A stretch of 64,000 nt of DNA from contig CAVORL010000006.1 in NCBI GenBank assembly GCA_963698595.1, positions 307,569 to 371,568 on the forward strand, given 5' to 3'. Source of the stretch: an uncultured Chloroflexia bacterium. GTDB taxonomy: Bacteria; Chloroflexota; Limnocylindria; Limnocylindrales; CSP1-4. The notes under the pieces are model-generated. The model searched no databases and was not told the DNA's origin. It saw nothing but the letters and a program-made list of their open reading frames with translations. This document shows positions 29,384-40,483 of this stretch, piece by piece. The position numbers and the translations under genes are program-made. The number at the start of each line of letters is the position of its first letter. Position 1 is the stretch's first letter.

Positions 29384-31450
29384 TCAGACCTCTGGAGCCG
29401 CCGATCCTGCGGGGGCCTCGAACTGCTGGTGGTAGAGGCGCGCGTAGAGGCCGTCGGCGGCCAGGAGCTCTTCGTGGCGGCCCCGCTCGACGATGCGGCC
29501 GCGCTCGTAGACGAGGATCCGGTCGGCGCGCAGGATCGTGGAGAGGCGGTGGGCGATCGCGATCGTCGTGCGACCTTCCATGAGCCGCTCGAGGGCGGCC
29601 TGGATCAGGCGCTCCGAAACCGTGTCGAGCGCCGAGGTCGCCTCGTCGAGGATGAGGATCCGCGGGTCCTTCAGCAGCACCCGGGCGATCGCGATGCGCT
29701 GCTTCTCGCCGCCCGAGAGCTTGTAGCCGCGCTCCCCGACGATCGTCGCGTAGCCGTCGGGGAGCTCCAGCACCCGCTCGTGGATCGCCGCTGCCCGCGC
29801 GGCGCCCTCCAGCTCTGCCGCCGTGGCGTCCGGGCGCGCGTACAGCAGGTTGTCGCGGATGGAGGCGTGGAAGAGGTAGGTCTCCTGGGTGACGACGCCG
29901 ATGGCGCGGCCGAGCGAGGCCAGCGCGATCCGACGCACGTCGATGCCGTCGATCTCCACGGCGCCCGCGTCGACGTCGTACAGGCGCGGCACGAGATAGG
30001 TGGTCGTCGTCTTGCCGGATCCGGAGGGGCCCACCAGCGCGACGAGCTCCCCGGGCTCGGCCTCGAAGTCCACGTCCTCCAGCGCGAATGCCGGCGGCGG
30101 CGTCGTGGCCGTGGCGGCCGGCTCGTCGCCGCGGGCCCCGGCGGGAGGGGCCCCGTCCACGTCCCGCCGCTCGTGGAGTGCCGCCTCGATCGCCTCTTCG
30201 GCGATCGGCTCGACGACCGCGTCGGCCACCGCCTCGTCCGGTGCCGACGGCTCGTGGCGGTGCCGTCCGCCGGCCACGACCTCGAGAGCCCGCTCCGAGG
30301 GCACGGTCTCCGTCGGATAGCGGAACCAGACCCGGTGGAAGCGGACGCGACCTCGGAAGCTCGCCGGCTCCAGCGTGACCGCGTCCGGCGCGTCGACGAT
30401 CTCGGGATCGAGGTCCAGGTACTCGAAGATCCGGTCGAAGAGGGCCAGGGAGCCGGTGAGCTCCACCTGGACGTTGAGGAGCTGGCCGAGAGGGAAGAAG
30501 AGGCGGCTCTGGAGCGTCGTGAACGCGACGATGTCGCCGGCCGTCGGCGCCGACGGGTCGCCGTTCATCGCCAGCACGGCGGCCAGCCAGTACACGAAGG
30601 CGGGGATGATGCTGAAGATCGTGCCGATGATCATGAAGAACCAGCGCCCGACCATCGCCTGCCGGATCTGGAGGCGGGCCAGGCCGCGATTGAGGTCGCG
30701 GAAGCGCTTGGTGGCCGTAGCTTGCTGGCCGAACGTCTTCGTCAGGAGGACCCCGGAGACGCTCAGCGTCTCCTGCGTCACGGAGGTCATGTCGGCGAGC
30801 GCCTTCTGGGTCTCCGTCGAGACCTCCCGCCGGACGCGCCCCACGCGCTGGGTGAGGACCAGGAAGAAGGGCAGCATCCCGAGCGAGAGAAGTGTCAGGC
30901 GCCAGTCGATGATCACCATGGCGACCACCGTGGAGAGGACGACGGCGACGTTCGCCGCGACGCTCGTGGCGGTGTCCGTCACCACGGCCTGGACGCCTCC
31001 GACGTCGTTGGCGAGGCGGCTCTGGATCTCGCCCGTCCGAGTCTCGGTGAAGAATCGCAGCGGCAGGCGCTGCAGGTGCGCGTAGAGCGCGTTGCGCAGG
31101 TCCTGCATCACGCTCTGGCCGATGACGTTGTTGAGGTACGTCTGGCCCACGCCGACGAGCCCCGAGAAGATGGGGACCACGATCATCAGGCCGACGTACA
31201 GGTAGAGGTTCTGGTACTCCCGCCCGATGATGACCTCGTCGGTGAGGAGCTTGAGCATGATCGGGTTGACCAGGCCGAGCAGGCTGGTGACGAGGATCGC
31301 CACGACGACCACCCCGACCTGGAGCCGGTACGGACGGAAGAAGTCGACGATCCGCGCCACCGTGCGGCGCCGACGCTCGGGCGGGAGGGCCGCCGGCGGT
31401 TCTCCGTCCACGTAGCCCCGGGCCAGGCGGCCGGCGCCGCCGCGTCCCAT
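29384..31450 (-). CDS. ABC transporter, fused permease/ATPase (exporter type), with a 75-90 aa Ala/Glu/Pro-rich insert just before Walker A
   Basis: 6-TM exporter domain, FRYP, then the insert, then GELVALVGPSGSGKTT, LSGGEKQRIAIAR and ILILDEATSALD. Start is the ATG at codon 158, overlapping the TGA of the methyltransferase (ATGA). Confidence 0.85.
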   Translation of the reverse strand: MGRGGAGRLARGYVDGEPPAALPPERRRRTVARIVDFFRPYRLQVGVVVVAILVTSLLGLVNPIMLKLLTDEVIIGREYQNLYLYVGLMIVVPIFSGLVGVGQTYLNNVIGQSVMQDLRNALYAHLQRLPLRFFTETRTGEIQSRLANDVGGVQAVVTDTATSVAANVAVVLSTVVAMVIIDWRLTLLSLGMLPFFLVLTQRVGRVRREVSTETQKALADMTSVTQETLSVSGVLLTKTFGQQATATKRFRDLNRGLARLQIRQAMVGRWFFMIIGTIFSIIPAFVYWLAAVLAMNGDPSAPTAGDIVAFTTLQSRLFFPLGQLLNVQVELTGSLALFDRIFEYLDLDPEIVDAPDAVTLEPASFRGRVRFHRVWFRYPTETVPSERALEVVAGGRHRHEPSAPDEAVADAVVEPIAEEAIEAALHERRDVDGAPPAGARGDEPAATATTPPPAFALEDVDFEAEPGELVALVGPSGSGKTTTTYLVPRLYDVDAGAVEIDGIDVRRIALASLGRAIGVVTQETYLFHASIRDNLLYARPDATAAELEGAARAAAIHERVLELPDGYATIVGERGYKLSGGEKQRIAIARVLLKDPRILILDEATSALDTVSERLIQAALERLMEGRTTIAIAHRLSTILRADRILVYERGRIVERGRHEELLAADGLYARLYHQQFEAPAGSAAPEV

Positions 31451-32238
31451 CACCGGGATCGCTCGGGGATGCGCGCAGTGACGACCAGCGTGGAACGTCG
31501 GGTGGGGAGGCCGCGGACCAGGAGATCCCCGATGAGCCCGGCCATGAAGGTGAGCCGCCGCCGTCCCCACGCCCGCGCCAGGTTGTCGACGGTTCGAACG
31601 TGGATGTCGACGAAGTCTGCCGCGCCGAGCGCGGCACGCAACGATGCGGGGTCGTTGCAGATGCCCACGAGCGGGTGGGCGTCCTCGGCAGACTCCTTCA
31701 CGAGGGGCTGGAGGCGACTGCGAAGGGCCGCCGGCAGCCGAAGGTACACAGCGACGAACGGATGGCGCCGGTTGACAGTCGAGAGCACGAGGGTGCCCCC
31801 GGGTCGGAGCCATCGGGCAATGTTCGCGAACGCTGCCGGAGGATCGGCGAGATGCTCCACCGTGAACGAGCTCAGGACGACGTCGAAAGCAGCCCCCGGG
31901 AGGGCGTTCGGGCTCCCGCACAGGTCGGCGGCGACGAACGCGTCGAGGTAGGCGGGCGCCCCGGATCGAGGCACGTGGACGTCAGTCCCCACGAGCCGGT
32001 CGATCCGGGCGCGGAACCGCGCGAGGGACGAGCGATCACCGCACCCGGCGTCGAGGGCCACGATGTCGCCCACGAGCAGGCCGTCGCCGATGCCGTCGGC
32101 AGCGTCAGCGCGGCGCGTCGCCTCGACACGCCGGACGGCACCGGCCAGCGACCGACGAACGAGGACGGACGGCGCCGCACCGAAGCGAAGGCGACGCAGC
32201 GTCGCCTCGCGCCGCCGACGCGGCTCGTCCCGGCTCAC
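31450..32238 (-). CDS. class I SAM-dependent methyltransferase
   Basis: Motif [10 protein letters not shown] and motif post-[12 protein letters not shown]. Its start overlaps the trxB stop by 4 nt and its stop overlaps the ABC exporter start. Confidence 0.75.
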   Translation of the reverse strand: MSRDEPRRRREATLRRLRFGAAPSVLVRRSLAGAVRRVEATRRADAADGIGDGLLVGDIVALDAGCGDRSSLARFRARIDRLVGTDVHVPRSGAPAYLDAFVAADLCGSPNALPGAAFDVVLSSFTVEHLADPPAAFANIARWLRPGGTLVLSTVNRRHPFVAVYLRLPAALRSRLQPLVKESAEDAHPLVGICNDPASLRAALGAADFVDIHVRTVDNLARAWGRRRLTFMAGLIGDLLVRGLPTRRSTLVVTARIPERSR

Positions 32239-33290
32239 CCGGCAGTGGCAGTCGCGGACTCGACGACGCCGGGCTCCTCCAGCCAGCGCTCAGCGTCGAT
32301 GGCCGCCCGGCAGCCGTCACCCGCCGCGGTCACCGCCTGGCGGTAGCGGTGGTCGTGAACATCCCCGGCGACGAAGACCCCCTCGATCCGGGAGTGCGTC
32401 TCGTGCTCGACGACCAGGTAGCCCTTCTCGTCCGTCTCGAGCCAGCCCTCGAACGGGGCCGTGTTCGGGCGGTGGCCGATCGCGAGGAAGAAGCCGTCGA
32501 CAGGCAGCTCCCGTGTGGCCCCGGTCGCCGCGTCGCGGAGCCGGACCCCCGTGACCTTGTCTTCCCCCAGGACCTCGTCGACGAGCGTGCTCCGGTGAAT
32601 CTCGATCTGGGCATGGCTCTCAGCGCGGGCCTGCATGATCCTGCTGGCCCGGAACTCGTCGCGACGATGCACGAGGTGGACCTTCGACGCAAAGCGGGTC
32701 AGGTAGAGCGCCTCCTCCATGGCCGTGTCGCCGCCCCCCACGACCGCGACTTCCTTGTCCTTGAAGAAGAAGCCGTCGCACGTGGCGCAGGCGGAGACGC
32801 CGCGACCCCGGAGGCGCTCCTCGGACTCCAGGCCGAGCCACAGGGCCGAGGCGCCCGTCGCCACGATCACCGCCTGGGCGCGGTACTCGACGCCCGACGC
32901 CCATGCGCGGAACGGCCGGGCCGAGAAGTCCACGCGGTCGGCCTCCACGTCGAAGACGCGCGCCCCGAAGCGCTCGGCCTGGGCGCGGAAGCGCGCCATC
33001 AGCTCCGGCCCCTGGATCCCGTCCGGGAACCCCGGGTAGTTCTCGACGTCGGTGGTGATCGTCAGCTGGCCGCCCGGCTGGTGGCCGGCGAGCACGATCG
33101 GCTCAAGGTTCGCCCGCGCCGCGTAGATCGCCGCAGTCAGGCCGGCAGGGCCGGACCCGAGGATGAGGACGGTCGTGTCGAGCGGTCCGCCGGAGCTGAC
33201 GGGGACCGCGTCCGCCGCGGCGGGAGCGGCGTCACCGGGGGCTCCGAAGTCGATCGTGAAGCCGCCGAAGGGAGAGGTGGATTCGGACAT
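32235..33290 (-). CDS. trxB: thioredoxin-disulfide reductase
   Basis: FAD motif ILGSGPAG, redox centre [14 protein letters not shown] motif [16 protein letters not shown]. Start is the internal ATG at codon 109, which leaves a roughly 35-aa N-terminal extension. Confidence 0.85.
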   Translation of the reverse strand: MSESTSPFGGFTIDFGAPGDAAPAAADAVPVSSGGPLDTTVLILGSGPAGLTAAIYAARANLEPIVLAGHQPGGQLTITTDVENYPGFPDGIQGPELMARFRAQAERFGARVFDVEADRVDFSARPFRAWASGVEYRAQAVIVATGASALWLGLESEERLRGRGVSACATCDGFFFKDKEVAVVGGGDTAMEEALYLTRFASKVHLVHRRDEFRASRIMQARAESHAQIEIHRSTLVDEVLGEDKVTGVRLRDAATGATRELPVDGFFLAIGHRPNTAPFEGWLETDEKGYLVVEHETHSRIEGVFVAGDVHDHRYRQAVTAAGDGCRAAIDAERWLEEPGVVESATATAG

Positions 33291-33558
33291 CGGAGGAGCA
33301 GTCCCGTGCTGGAATCGGCCGCGAGCACGCGCGGAGCGGAGCCGTATCGTAGCATGCGAGCCGTACTCCCCAGGAGTATCCGACGGGGACGCCGAGAGCC
33401 AGCGCGACGGCGGAGTGCCTCGGCAGCGCTCGACGGCAGCAGCTCCGGGCGGGCGTGGGACGTGCGACGGCCGGACCATCGGGCCATGCGGGACTTGCAG
33501 CCCCTCCCATACTCTGGTCAACGCGCCCAGGGTTCTGGGCCGCTCGGAGGAGGGGGGA

Positions 33559-35682
33559 ATGCGGGCAAGGCACGACGCCCCGCGCCTCGGCGTCATCGGA
33601 GCCGGCCTGATCATCGTGGTCGCGCTGCTGGTCGGGGTGGTCGGGTACGCTGCCTACCAGGAGGAGGTCCGCTCGATCCACGCGGCCCGCTTCGCCGAGC
33701 TGCGGCTCATCGGCGACCTGAAGACCGAGCAGGTCCTCGACTGGCGGAACGAACGGCTCGGGGACATCGCCGTCGGTTCGGCCGTGGCCTTCGGTGGCGT
33801 CGATCTCGCCGATTTCGCGAATGACCCGAGCGACGCGGCGGTGCGCGCAGGGTTCGGCCGCTACATGGAGGCTGTGCGGCGCAACTACGACTACGCGGAC
33901 GCGATCCTCACCGCGCCAGACGGCCGCCTCCTCCTGTCGCTCGATCCGGTCCTGGCCGAGCTGGACGCGACCACGCGGCAGCTGATCGCGCAGGTGGCCG
34001 CCTCGCGGGAGCCGACGATGGGCGACTTCGTCCGCGCCGAGTCCTCCGGAGACGTGTACATCGATGTGGCCGCCCCGATCCTTGATCCATCCGGGCGCTC
34101 CATCGCCGCGCTCCTCCTGCGGATTGACCCGACGAGCTACGTCTTTCCGCTCATCCAGTCGTGGCCCACGCCGAGCGAGTCGTCAGAGACCCTGATCGTT
34201 CGTCGCGACGGCGACGACGTCCTGTTCCTGAACATCCTCCGCCACCGGTCCGTCCCGGCCCTCACCATCCGCGAGCCGCTTTCAAGGACGGACATCCCCG
34301 CGGTCGCCGCGGTCCTTGGCTCGGTGGGCGAGGTCAGGGGGGTGGACTACCGCGGCGTCGAGGTGCTGGCCGACGTGCGGCCGATCCCCGGCACGGCCTG
34401 GTTCCTTGTCGTCAAGGTGGACGCCGCCGAGGTCCTCGCCGAGATCGACCAGAGGGGTAGCACGATCCTGCTCCTCGGCCTCCTCGCCGTGCTGCTGACC
34501 GGGGGAGCGGTCGGTCTGCTCTTCAGCCTCCGGCAGAGCAGCCTTCGCGGGCGGCTTCTCCACGCGGAGCGCGACAAGGCCTCGGCCGCTCGTCTCCACG
34601 AGCGGATGCTCGCGCTCGCGCGCGACAGCTTCCTGCTGCTCGACGCCTCCGGCCGGATCACGGACGCGAACGAGGCGGCCGTCGCCGCGTACGGATACAG
34701 CCGGGAGGAGCTGCTGCGGCTGAACATCGCCGACCTCCGCGCGCCCGAGTCCCGGGCGGCGCTGGACAGTGACTGGCAGGCCGCCGCGCGCGCGGAGGGT
34801 GCGCTGTTCGAGACGACCTACCTGCGCCCGGACGGGAGCACCTTCCCGGTTGAGGTGAGCTCACGGCTGATCGACCTGGACGGCAGCGAGTATCGCGTGA
34901 GCTTCGCTCGCGACATCACGGTGCGCCGCGCCACAGAGGCCCAGCTTCTCCGGCTCAGCAGGGCATACGCGACGCTGGCCGCGACGAACGAGGCCATCCT
35001 GCGCTCTCCCGACGAGTCGGCGCTCTTCGAGAGCATCTGCCGGATCGCCGTGGAGGACGGCGGCTACGTCGGGGCCTGGGTCAGCATCGTGGACGAACCC
35101 TCGCGGCGCACCATCACGGTCGCGACCGCGGGGACGACCGACGACTATGTCCGGGAGCTCATGGTGAGCACCGACCTCGCTGTCGCGGAGGACCTCGGGC
35201 CGACGGGGCTCGTCCTGCGCGAGGGTCGCGCGCACTACTGCGACGATTGCCTCGGGGACGCTGCGCCGGCGTCCTGGCACGATCTGGCCCGGAGGTCCGG
35301 CATCCGCGCGTTCGCGGCGCTGCCGCTGCTCCGCGGTGATGCCCCGGTTGGCGTGTTCTCACTGTTCGCGTCGAAGCCGCGCGTCTTCGAGGCTGAGATG
35401 CGCACCCTGCTCGAGCAGATGGCCGCTGACGTCTCCTTCGCCCTCGACAGCTTCGAACGCCTTGCGGCGCGGAAGCGGGCCGAGGAGGCGCTCGCGGCCG
35501 GCAATGCCGGGCTCGCCGTCCAGCTCGACGAGCTTCGCCGCTGGAACGATGCCACGCTGGAGCGCGAGGAGCGAATCCTCGAGCTGAAGCGCGAGATCAA
35601 CGACCTGCTGGCGAGCCTGGGCCAGCCGCCGCGCTACCCGAGCGCCGCGGACGACCGCGAGGGGACGGCGCCGGATGGCTGA
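33559..35682 (+). CDS. membrane sensor protein: TM - double-Cache extracytoplasmic domain - TM - PAS - GAF, with no output domain
   Basis: A roughly 280-aa periplasmic dCache-like region between two TM helices, then PAS ([15 protein letters not shown]...) and GAF, then a coiled-coil tail. No HisKA, HATPase or GGDEF domain. GGAGGAGGGGGG RBS. It overlaps the next gene by 8 nt. Confidence 0.75.
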   Translation: MRARHDAPRLGVIGAGLIIVVALLVGVVGYAAYQEEVRSIHAARFAELRLIGDLKTEQVLDWRNERLGDIAVGSAVAFGGVDLADFANDPSDAAVRAGFGRYMEAVRRNYDYADAILTAPDGRLLLSLDPVLAELDATTRQLIAQVAASREPTMGDFVRAESSGDVYIDVAAPILDPSGRSIAALLLRIDPTSYVFPLIQSWPTPSESSETLIVRRDGDDVLFLNILRHRSVPALTIREPLSRTDIPAVAAVLGSVGEVRGVDYRGVEVLADVRPIPGTAWFLVVKVDAAEVLAEIDQRGSTILLLGLLAVLLTGGAVGLLFSLRQSSLRGRLLHAERDKASAARLHERMLALARDSFLLLDASGRITDANEAAVAAYGYSREELLRLNIADLRAPESRAALDSDWQAAARAEGALFETTYLRPDGSTFPVEVSSRLIDLDGSEYRVSFARDITVRRATEAQLLRLSRAYATLAATNEAILRSPDESALFESICRIAVEDGGYVGAWVSIVDEPSRRTITVATAGTTDDYVRELMVSTDLAVAEDLGPTGLVLREGRAHYCDDCLGDAAPASWHDLARRSGIRAFAALPLLRGDAPVGVFSLFASKPRVFEAEMRTLLEQMAADVSFALDSFERLAARKRAEEALAAGNAGLAVQLDELRRWNDATLEREERILELKREINDLLASLGQPPRYPSAADDREGTAPDG

Positions 35683-37896
35683 AGCGACGGTCGTTGCCCT
35701 GGTCCAGAACGCCGCGCTCCTGCTGGCGTTGGCCCTGTTCTACGACCTCGCCCTCGGTCCGCAGCTCATCCCGTCCGCGCGGCTTCGACAGGTTGTCGTC
35801 GGGGCCATGATCGGGGCCCTCGGCCTCGTCGTGATGCTGACGCCCTTCGAGTACTCCAGCGGCATCATCTTCGACACCCGCTCGGTGCTGCTCGGCGTCG
35901 CGGGTCTCTTCTTCGGCGCCGTTCCCGCGGCCGTGGCGATGGCCATGACCGCTGCGCTCCGCCTGGCCATCGGCGGACCGGCGACGGTCATGGGCGTGTC
36001 CGTCATCCTGGCCTCCGGATGCATCGGGATCGCCTGGCGTCGCATTCGCGGACGTGGGCTCCACGACCTCTCCGTGCGCGAGGCGTACCTGTTCGGCCTG
36101 GTCATCCACGCCGTGATGCTGGCCCTGACGTTCACTCTGCCGTGGCCCGTCGCCATCGACGTGGTCGCGGCCATCGGCCCGCCGGTCATCGTGGTCTATC
36201 CCTTCGCCACGGCCCTGCTGGCCCTCCTCATGGTCAACCGGCTGCGACGCGAGCGGGACCGGAACGCCCTCCGCCTGGGCGAAGAGCGCCTCCGCCTGGC
36301 CGCCGACGCCACGGCCCTGGGCCTGTACGACCTCAACCTGCAGACCGGCGAGGCCACGGTCAACGAGCACTACGCGCTCATGCTCGGCTTCGACCCCGCC
36401 AGCTTCCACGAGACGAACGCCGCCTGGATCGAGCGGCTCCACCCCGACGACCGCGAGCCGGTGGCGGCCACCTACCGCGACTCCGTCGCCGGGAAGGTGG
36501 CGGAGTACCGGGTCGAGTTCCGCCAGAGGACTGCCTCGGGCGATTGGAAGTGGATCCTCTCGGTGGGCAGGCTCGTCGAGCGCGACGCCCAGGGAGCCCC
36601 GCTGCGGATGCTGGGCACCCACCTGGACATCTCGGCGCTCAAGCAGGTCGAGGAGGAGCTCCGCGCTGCCGCCGCGGACGCGGCGCGGCTGCTCGAGCAG
36701 GAAGTCCGCTCGCGCCACGCGCTCCTCAGCATCATCGAGGACCAGCGGGCGACCGAGGCGGCCTTGCGCGAGAACGAGGAACGACAGCGGACGATCCTCC
36801 AGGCGGCCATGGACGGCTTCTGGCTGGTGGACATGCAGGGGCGTCTCCTGCAGGTCAACGAGGCGTATTGCGCGCTGAGCGGCTACAGCGCGCCCGAGTT
36901 GCTGGCCCTTCGCGTCCCCGACCTTGAACTCGTTAAATCGGCAGCCGAGACGGCCGCCCACATCGAGAAGCTGCGATCGGTGGGCGAGGAACGCTTCGAA
37001 TCCCGGCACCGGCGCAAGGACGGCAGCGTGTTCGACGTCGAAGTGAGCACCAAGTACCAGCCACACGACGGTGGGCGGCTCGTGTCCTTCCTCCGTGACA
37101 TCACCGAGCGCAAGAAGGCGGAGGCCGAGATCCTCCGGCTCAGCGAGACGCTGGAGGAGCGGGTTCGCGAGCGCACGGCGGAGCTGGAGGCGGCGAACAA
37201 GGACCTCGAGTCGTTCAGCTACTCGGTGAGCCATGACCTGCGGGCGCCCCTGCGGGCGATCACCGGCTTCGCCGAGATCCTGGCCCGCCGCTACGGCGAC
37301 CGGCTCGACGCGAAGGGCCGCCACTACGTCGACACGATCGTGGACTCCGGCACGCAAATGGGGGTCCTCATCGAGGGGCTCCTCGACCTCTCCCGTCTCG
37401 GGCGCGGCACGGTTCGGACGGAGCCCGTGCCCCTGGCCCCGCTGCTGACGCAGCCTCCGCTGCCACCTTCGGGGCGCAGATCAAGGCGGCCGGGGCGACC
37501 CTCGCGGTCGGGGAGCCCCTGGCGGTCCCGCTGGGCGACCCGGTCCTGCTCGAGCGGATCCTGGCCAACCTCGTCGAGAACGCCCTCACCTACCGCCGGC
37601 CCGACGTCGCCCCAGCGGTGATCGCCTCAGCGCGACCCGCCACGGCGACTCGGTGATCCTCGCGGTGGCCGACAACGGGATCGGCATCCCGGCCGAGTAC
37701 CAGGAGCGGATCTTCGAGGTCTTCACCCGCCTCCATGCCCGCGACGCCTACGAGCGGCACCGGGATCGGCCTCTCCGTCGTCCGCAAGGCCGCCCGCCTC
37801 ATGGGTAGCGACATGACCGTAGAATCCACTGAAGGTGCCGGCAGCACCTTCAGCGTCTTGCTGCCGGCGGCACCAGAGGGGAGCGCCAGGCCATGA
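35675..37896 (+). pseudogene. 5TM(LytS-type)-PAS-PAS sensor histidine kinase, with the catalytic HATPase region broken by about 3 frameshifts (or sequence errors)
   Basis: Frame A (35675..37621) carries 5 TM, two PAS domains and the HisKA H-box SHDLRAPLRAITGF. The N-box [13 protein letters not shown]1 DNGIGIP and G2 GTGIGLSVV then appear in three different frames across 37440-37896. The last frame ends in a TGA overlapping the ATG of the receiver gene. Confidence 0.7.
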
Positions 37897-38365
37897 CGGA
37901 CGTGTCGCGGGAGGCCCGCATCCTCCTCGTCGACGACAACGCCAACGACGTCGAGCTGACCCGCGACGCGTTCCGCGAGGAGCGACTGGTGAACCACCTC
38001 GCCGTTGCCAGATCGGGACAGGAGGCCCTCGACCGCCTGTTCGGCCGGACTCTCGGGCCGGACGGCGAGCGCGAGCCCCTGCCCGACCTGATCCTGCTCG
38101 ACGTCAACATGCCGCGCGTCGACGGCTTCGAGGTTCTCCGCCAGATCAAGAGCACGCCGGTCCTGCGCCGGATCCCGGTCATCATCCTTACGTCCTCGCG
38201 TGGGGAGGGGGACCGGGCGATGACCTACGACACGGGCGCCAATTCCTACCTCGTGAAGCCCGATCTCCCTCGACGGCATGCTGGAGATCGTCAGGAGGAT
38301 CCAGGGATTACTGGCTGACTCTCAACGTAGGTCCGCCGCTGGACGCCGACGACGTGCCGGTGTGA
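37893..38365 (+). pseudogene. single-domain CheY-like response regulator, with its C-terminus split over 3 frames (2 apparent frameshifts)
   Basis: Frame A ARILLVDDNANDVEL...LILLDVNMPRVDG...ANSYLVKP runs to 38318. The expected alpha5 continues as ISLDGMLEIVRRIQG in frame +1 and DYWLTLNVGPPLDADDVPV-stop in frame +2 (38365). Confidence 0.65.
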
Positions 38366-38387
38366 GGCGCGTGCGGACGCACCGCCA

Positions 38388-40481
38388 GTGATGTCCACGG
38401 GCGCCGCGCCCGACAGCCCGATCGTGGTCGAGCCGCTGCGTGTCCTGATCGTGGAGGACCGGCCGAGTGACGCCGAGCTGATGGTGCTGCGCCTCGAGCA
38501 GGATGGCTTCGACCCGCAGTGGGTGCGCGTGGAGACCGAGCCGGAGTTCGTTGTTGCGCTGGATGCCGCGCCGGACATCGTCCTGTCCGACTGGCATCTG
38601 CCGGTGTTCAGCGGCCTGCGCGCGCTCCGACTGGCCCGGGGTCGAGGGGGTGACACCCCCTTCGTGATCGTCTCCGGCAACATCGGCGAGGAGGCCGCGG
38701 TCGAAGCCCTGCAGGCGGGCGCCGACGACTACGTGCTCAAGGACCGGCCGGCCCGGCTGGGCCCGGCCGTCCGGCGGGCACTGGAGCGGAAGACGCTTCG
38801 CGACGAACAGAAACGGGCGGACGCCAAGCTCCGGCAGGCCGCCATGGTCTTCGAGAACACGGGCGAGGCGGTCGTGATCACGGACGCCAACGGCTCGATG
38901 GTCGCCGTCAACCGGGCCTTCGTCGAGATCACCGGCTACTCGGAGGAGGAGGCACTTGGCCGGAACCCGCGAATGCTGCACTCCGGGCGCCAGGACCGGA
39001 GCTTCTACCGCGACATGTGGGCCGCCCTGGCGACCAGAGGTCGGTGGCGAGGGGAGGTTTGGAACCGTCGCAAGAGCGGCGAGGTTTACCCCGAGTTCAT
39101 GACGATCGCCGCCGTCAGGGACGAGCAGGGCAGGACATCCCACTACGTCAGCGTTGGCGGCGACATCAGCAGCGTCAGGGAGGTGCAGGAGAAGCTCGAC
39201 TTCCTCGTCCACCACGACGCGCTGACGGGCCTGCCGAATCGCGTCCTGCTCTACGACCGTCTCGAGCAGGTGATCCGGCGAGCCGAAGAGGCGTCGTCCG
39301 TCGTCGGGCTGATCGTCCTGGATCTCGATCGCTTCGGGAGGGTGAACGACGGCTTGGGCCAGGACGCCGGCGACGAGCTGCTCCGGTCAGTTGGGCACCG
39401 GCTCTCCGGCCTGCTTGGGGTGGCGGACACCGTCGCCCGGATCGGGGGCGACGACTTCGCGATCGTGGTCGAGGATGGGCAGGACGCGATCCACTTGGCC
39501 GGCGTGGCGCAGGGTCTCCAGGACTCGCTCGCACTGCCCTTCGCGATCGGCGGCCAGGATGTTTTCATCGGCGGCACCTTGGGGATCAGCATCTACCCTC
39601 TCGATGGCACCGATGCCGCGGCCCTGCTTCGCAGTGCCGACGTCGTGCTGCGCGAGGCCAAGGCCCACGCCCCCGGGTCGTTCTTCTTCGCGAGCGCCGA
39701 CTTGACCGCGGCGCTGGAAGGTCGCCTGGAGTTTGAACGCGCCCTGCGGGGCGCCGTCGGCCGGGACGAGCTCGTCGTCCACTACCAGCCCCAGGTGGAC
39801 ATGGCCGACCGCTCGCTGGTTGGCGCGGAGGCGCTGGTTCGCTGGCAGCACCCGGACAGGGGGCTCGTGGCTCCCGGCGAGTTCATCCCGCTGGCCGAGG
39901 AGATGGGCCTCATCGGGGTGCTGGGCGAATGGGTCCTGGCCGAGTCCTGCCGGCAGCTCGCGGCCTGGCAGCGGGACAGCCTCGTCGTGCCCCGGGTCTC
40001 GGTCAACCTGTCCGCGCGGCAGCTGGATGACGCGGACCTGGCCGCGATGGTGAAAGCTGCCCTCGACGCCGCGGACATCATGCCGGAACGCCTTGAGCTG
40101 GAGGTGACCGAGTCGACGGTCATGGGCGGGTCAACGATCACATCTGCGGTCCTGGCGGACCTGCGAGCACTCGGCATCGACCTGGCGCTCGACGACTTCG
40201 GCACCGGCTACTCCTCGCTGGCCCAGCTCCGGGCCCTGCCGCTGCGCCGGCTGAAGATCGACATCTCGTTCGTCCGCGACATCGGCCGCGACCCGGCGGC
40301 GGAGGCCATCATCCGGGCGATCATCGCGATGGCCGCCAGCCTGGGGCTGGAGACCGTTGCGGAGGGCGTTGAGCGGGAGGATCAGCACGAATTCCTGCGT
40401 GACGCCGGCTGTGACATCGGCCAGGGGTACCTCTACGGCCGCCCGGTGCCGGCGGACGCGCTGCTGGAGGCCTGGCGCTGA
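38388..40481 (+). CDS. REC-PAS-GGDEF-EAL signalling protein, with a degenerate GGDEF (GGDDF) and an intact EAL, so a likely c-di-GMP phosphodiesterase
   Basis: Receiver (LIVEDRPSDAELM...VLSDWHLP), PAS, GGDEF with RIGGDDFAIV, and EAL motifs EALVRW, DDFGTGYSSL and QGYLYGRP. Confidence 0.85.
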   Translation: MMSTGAAPDSPIVVEPLRVLIVEDRPSDAELMVLRLEQDGFDPQWVRVETEPEFVVALDAAPDIVLSDWHLPVFSGLRALRLARGRGGDTPFVIVSGNIGEEAAVEALQAGADDYVLKDRPARLGPAVRRALERKTLRDEQKRADAKLRQAAMVFENTGEAVVITDANGSMVAVNRAFVEITGYSEEEALGRNPRMLHSGRQDRSFYRDMWAALATRGRWRGEVWNRRKSGEVYPEFMTIAAVRDEQGRTSHYVSVGGDISSVREVQEKLDFLVHHDALTGLPNRVLLYDRLEQVIRRAEEASSVVGLIVLDLDRFGRVNDGLGQDAGDELLRSVGHRLSGLLGVADTVARIGGDDFAIVVEDGQDAIHLAGVAQGLQDSLALPFAIGGQDVFIGGTLGISIYPLDGTDAAALLRSADVVLREAKAHAPGSFFFASADLTAALEGRLEFERALRGAVGRDELVVHYQPQVDMADRSLVGAEALVRWQHPDRGLVAPGEFIPLAEEMGLIGVLGEWVLAESCRQLAAWQRDSLVVPRVSVNLSARQLDDADLAAMVKAALDAADIMPERLELEVTESTVMGGSTITSAVLADLRALGIDLALDDFGTGYSSLAQLRALPLRRLKIDISFVRDIGRDPAAEAIIRAIIAMAASLGLETVAEGVEREDQHEFLRDAGCDIGQGYLYGRPVPADALLEAWR

Positions 40482-40483
40482 CC

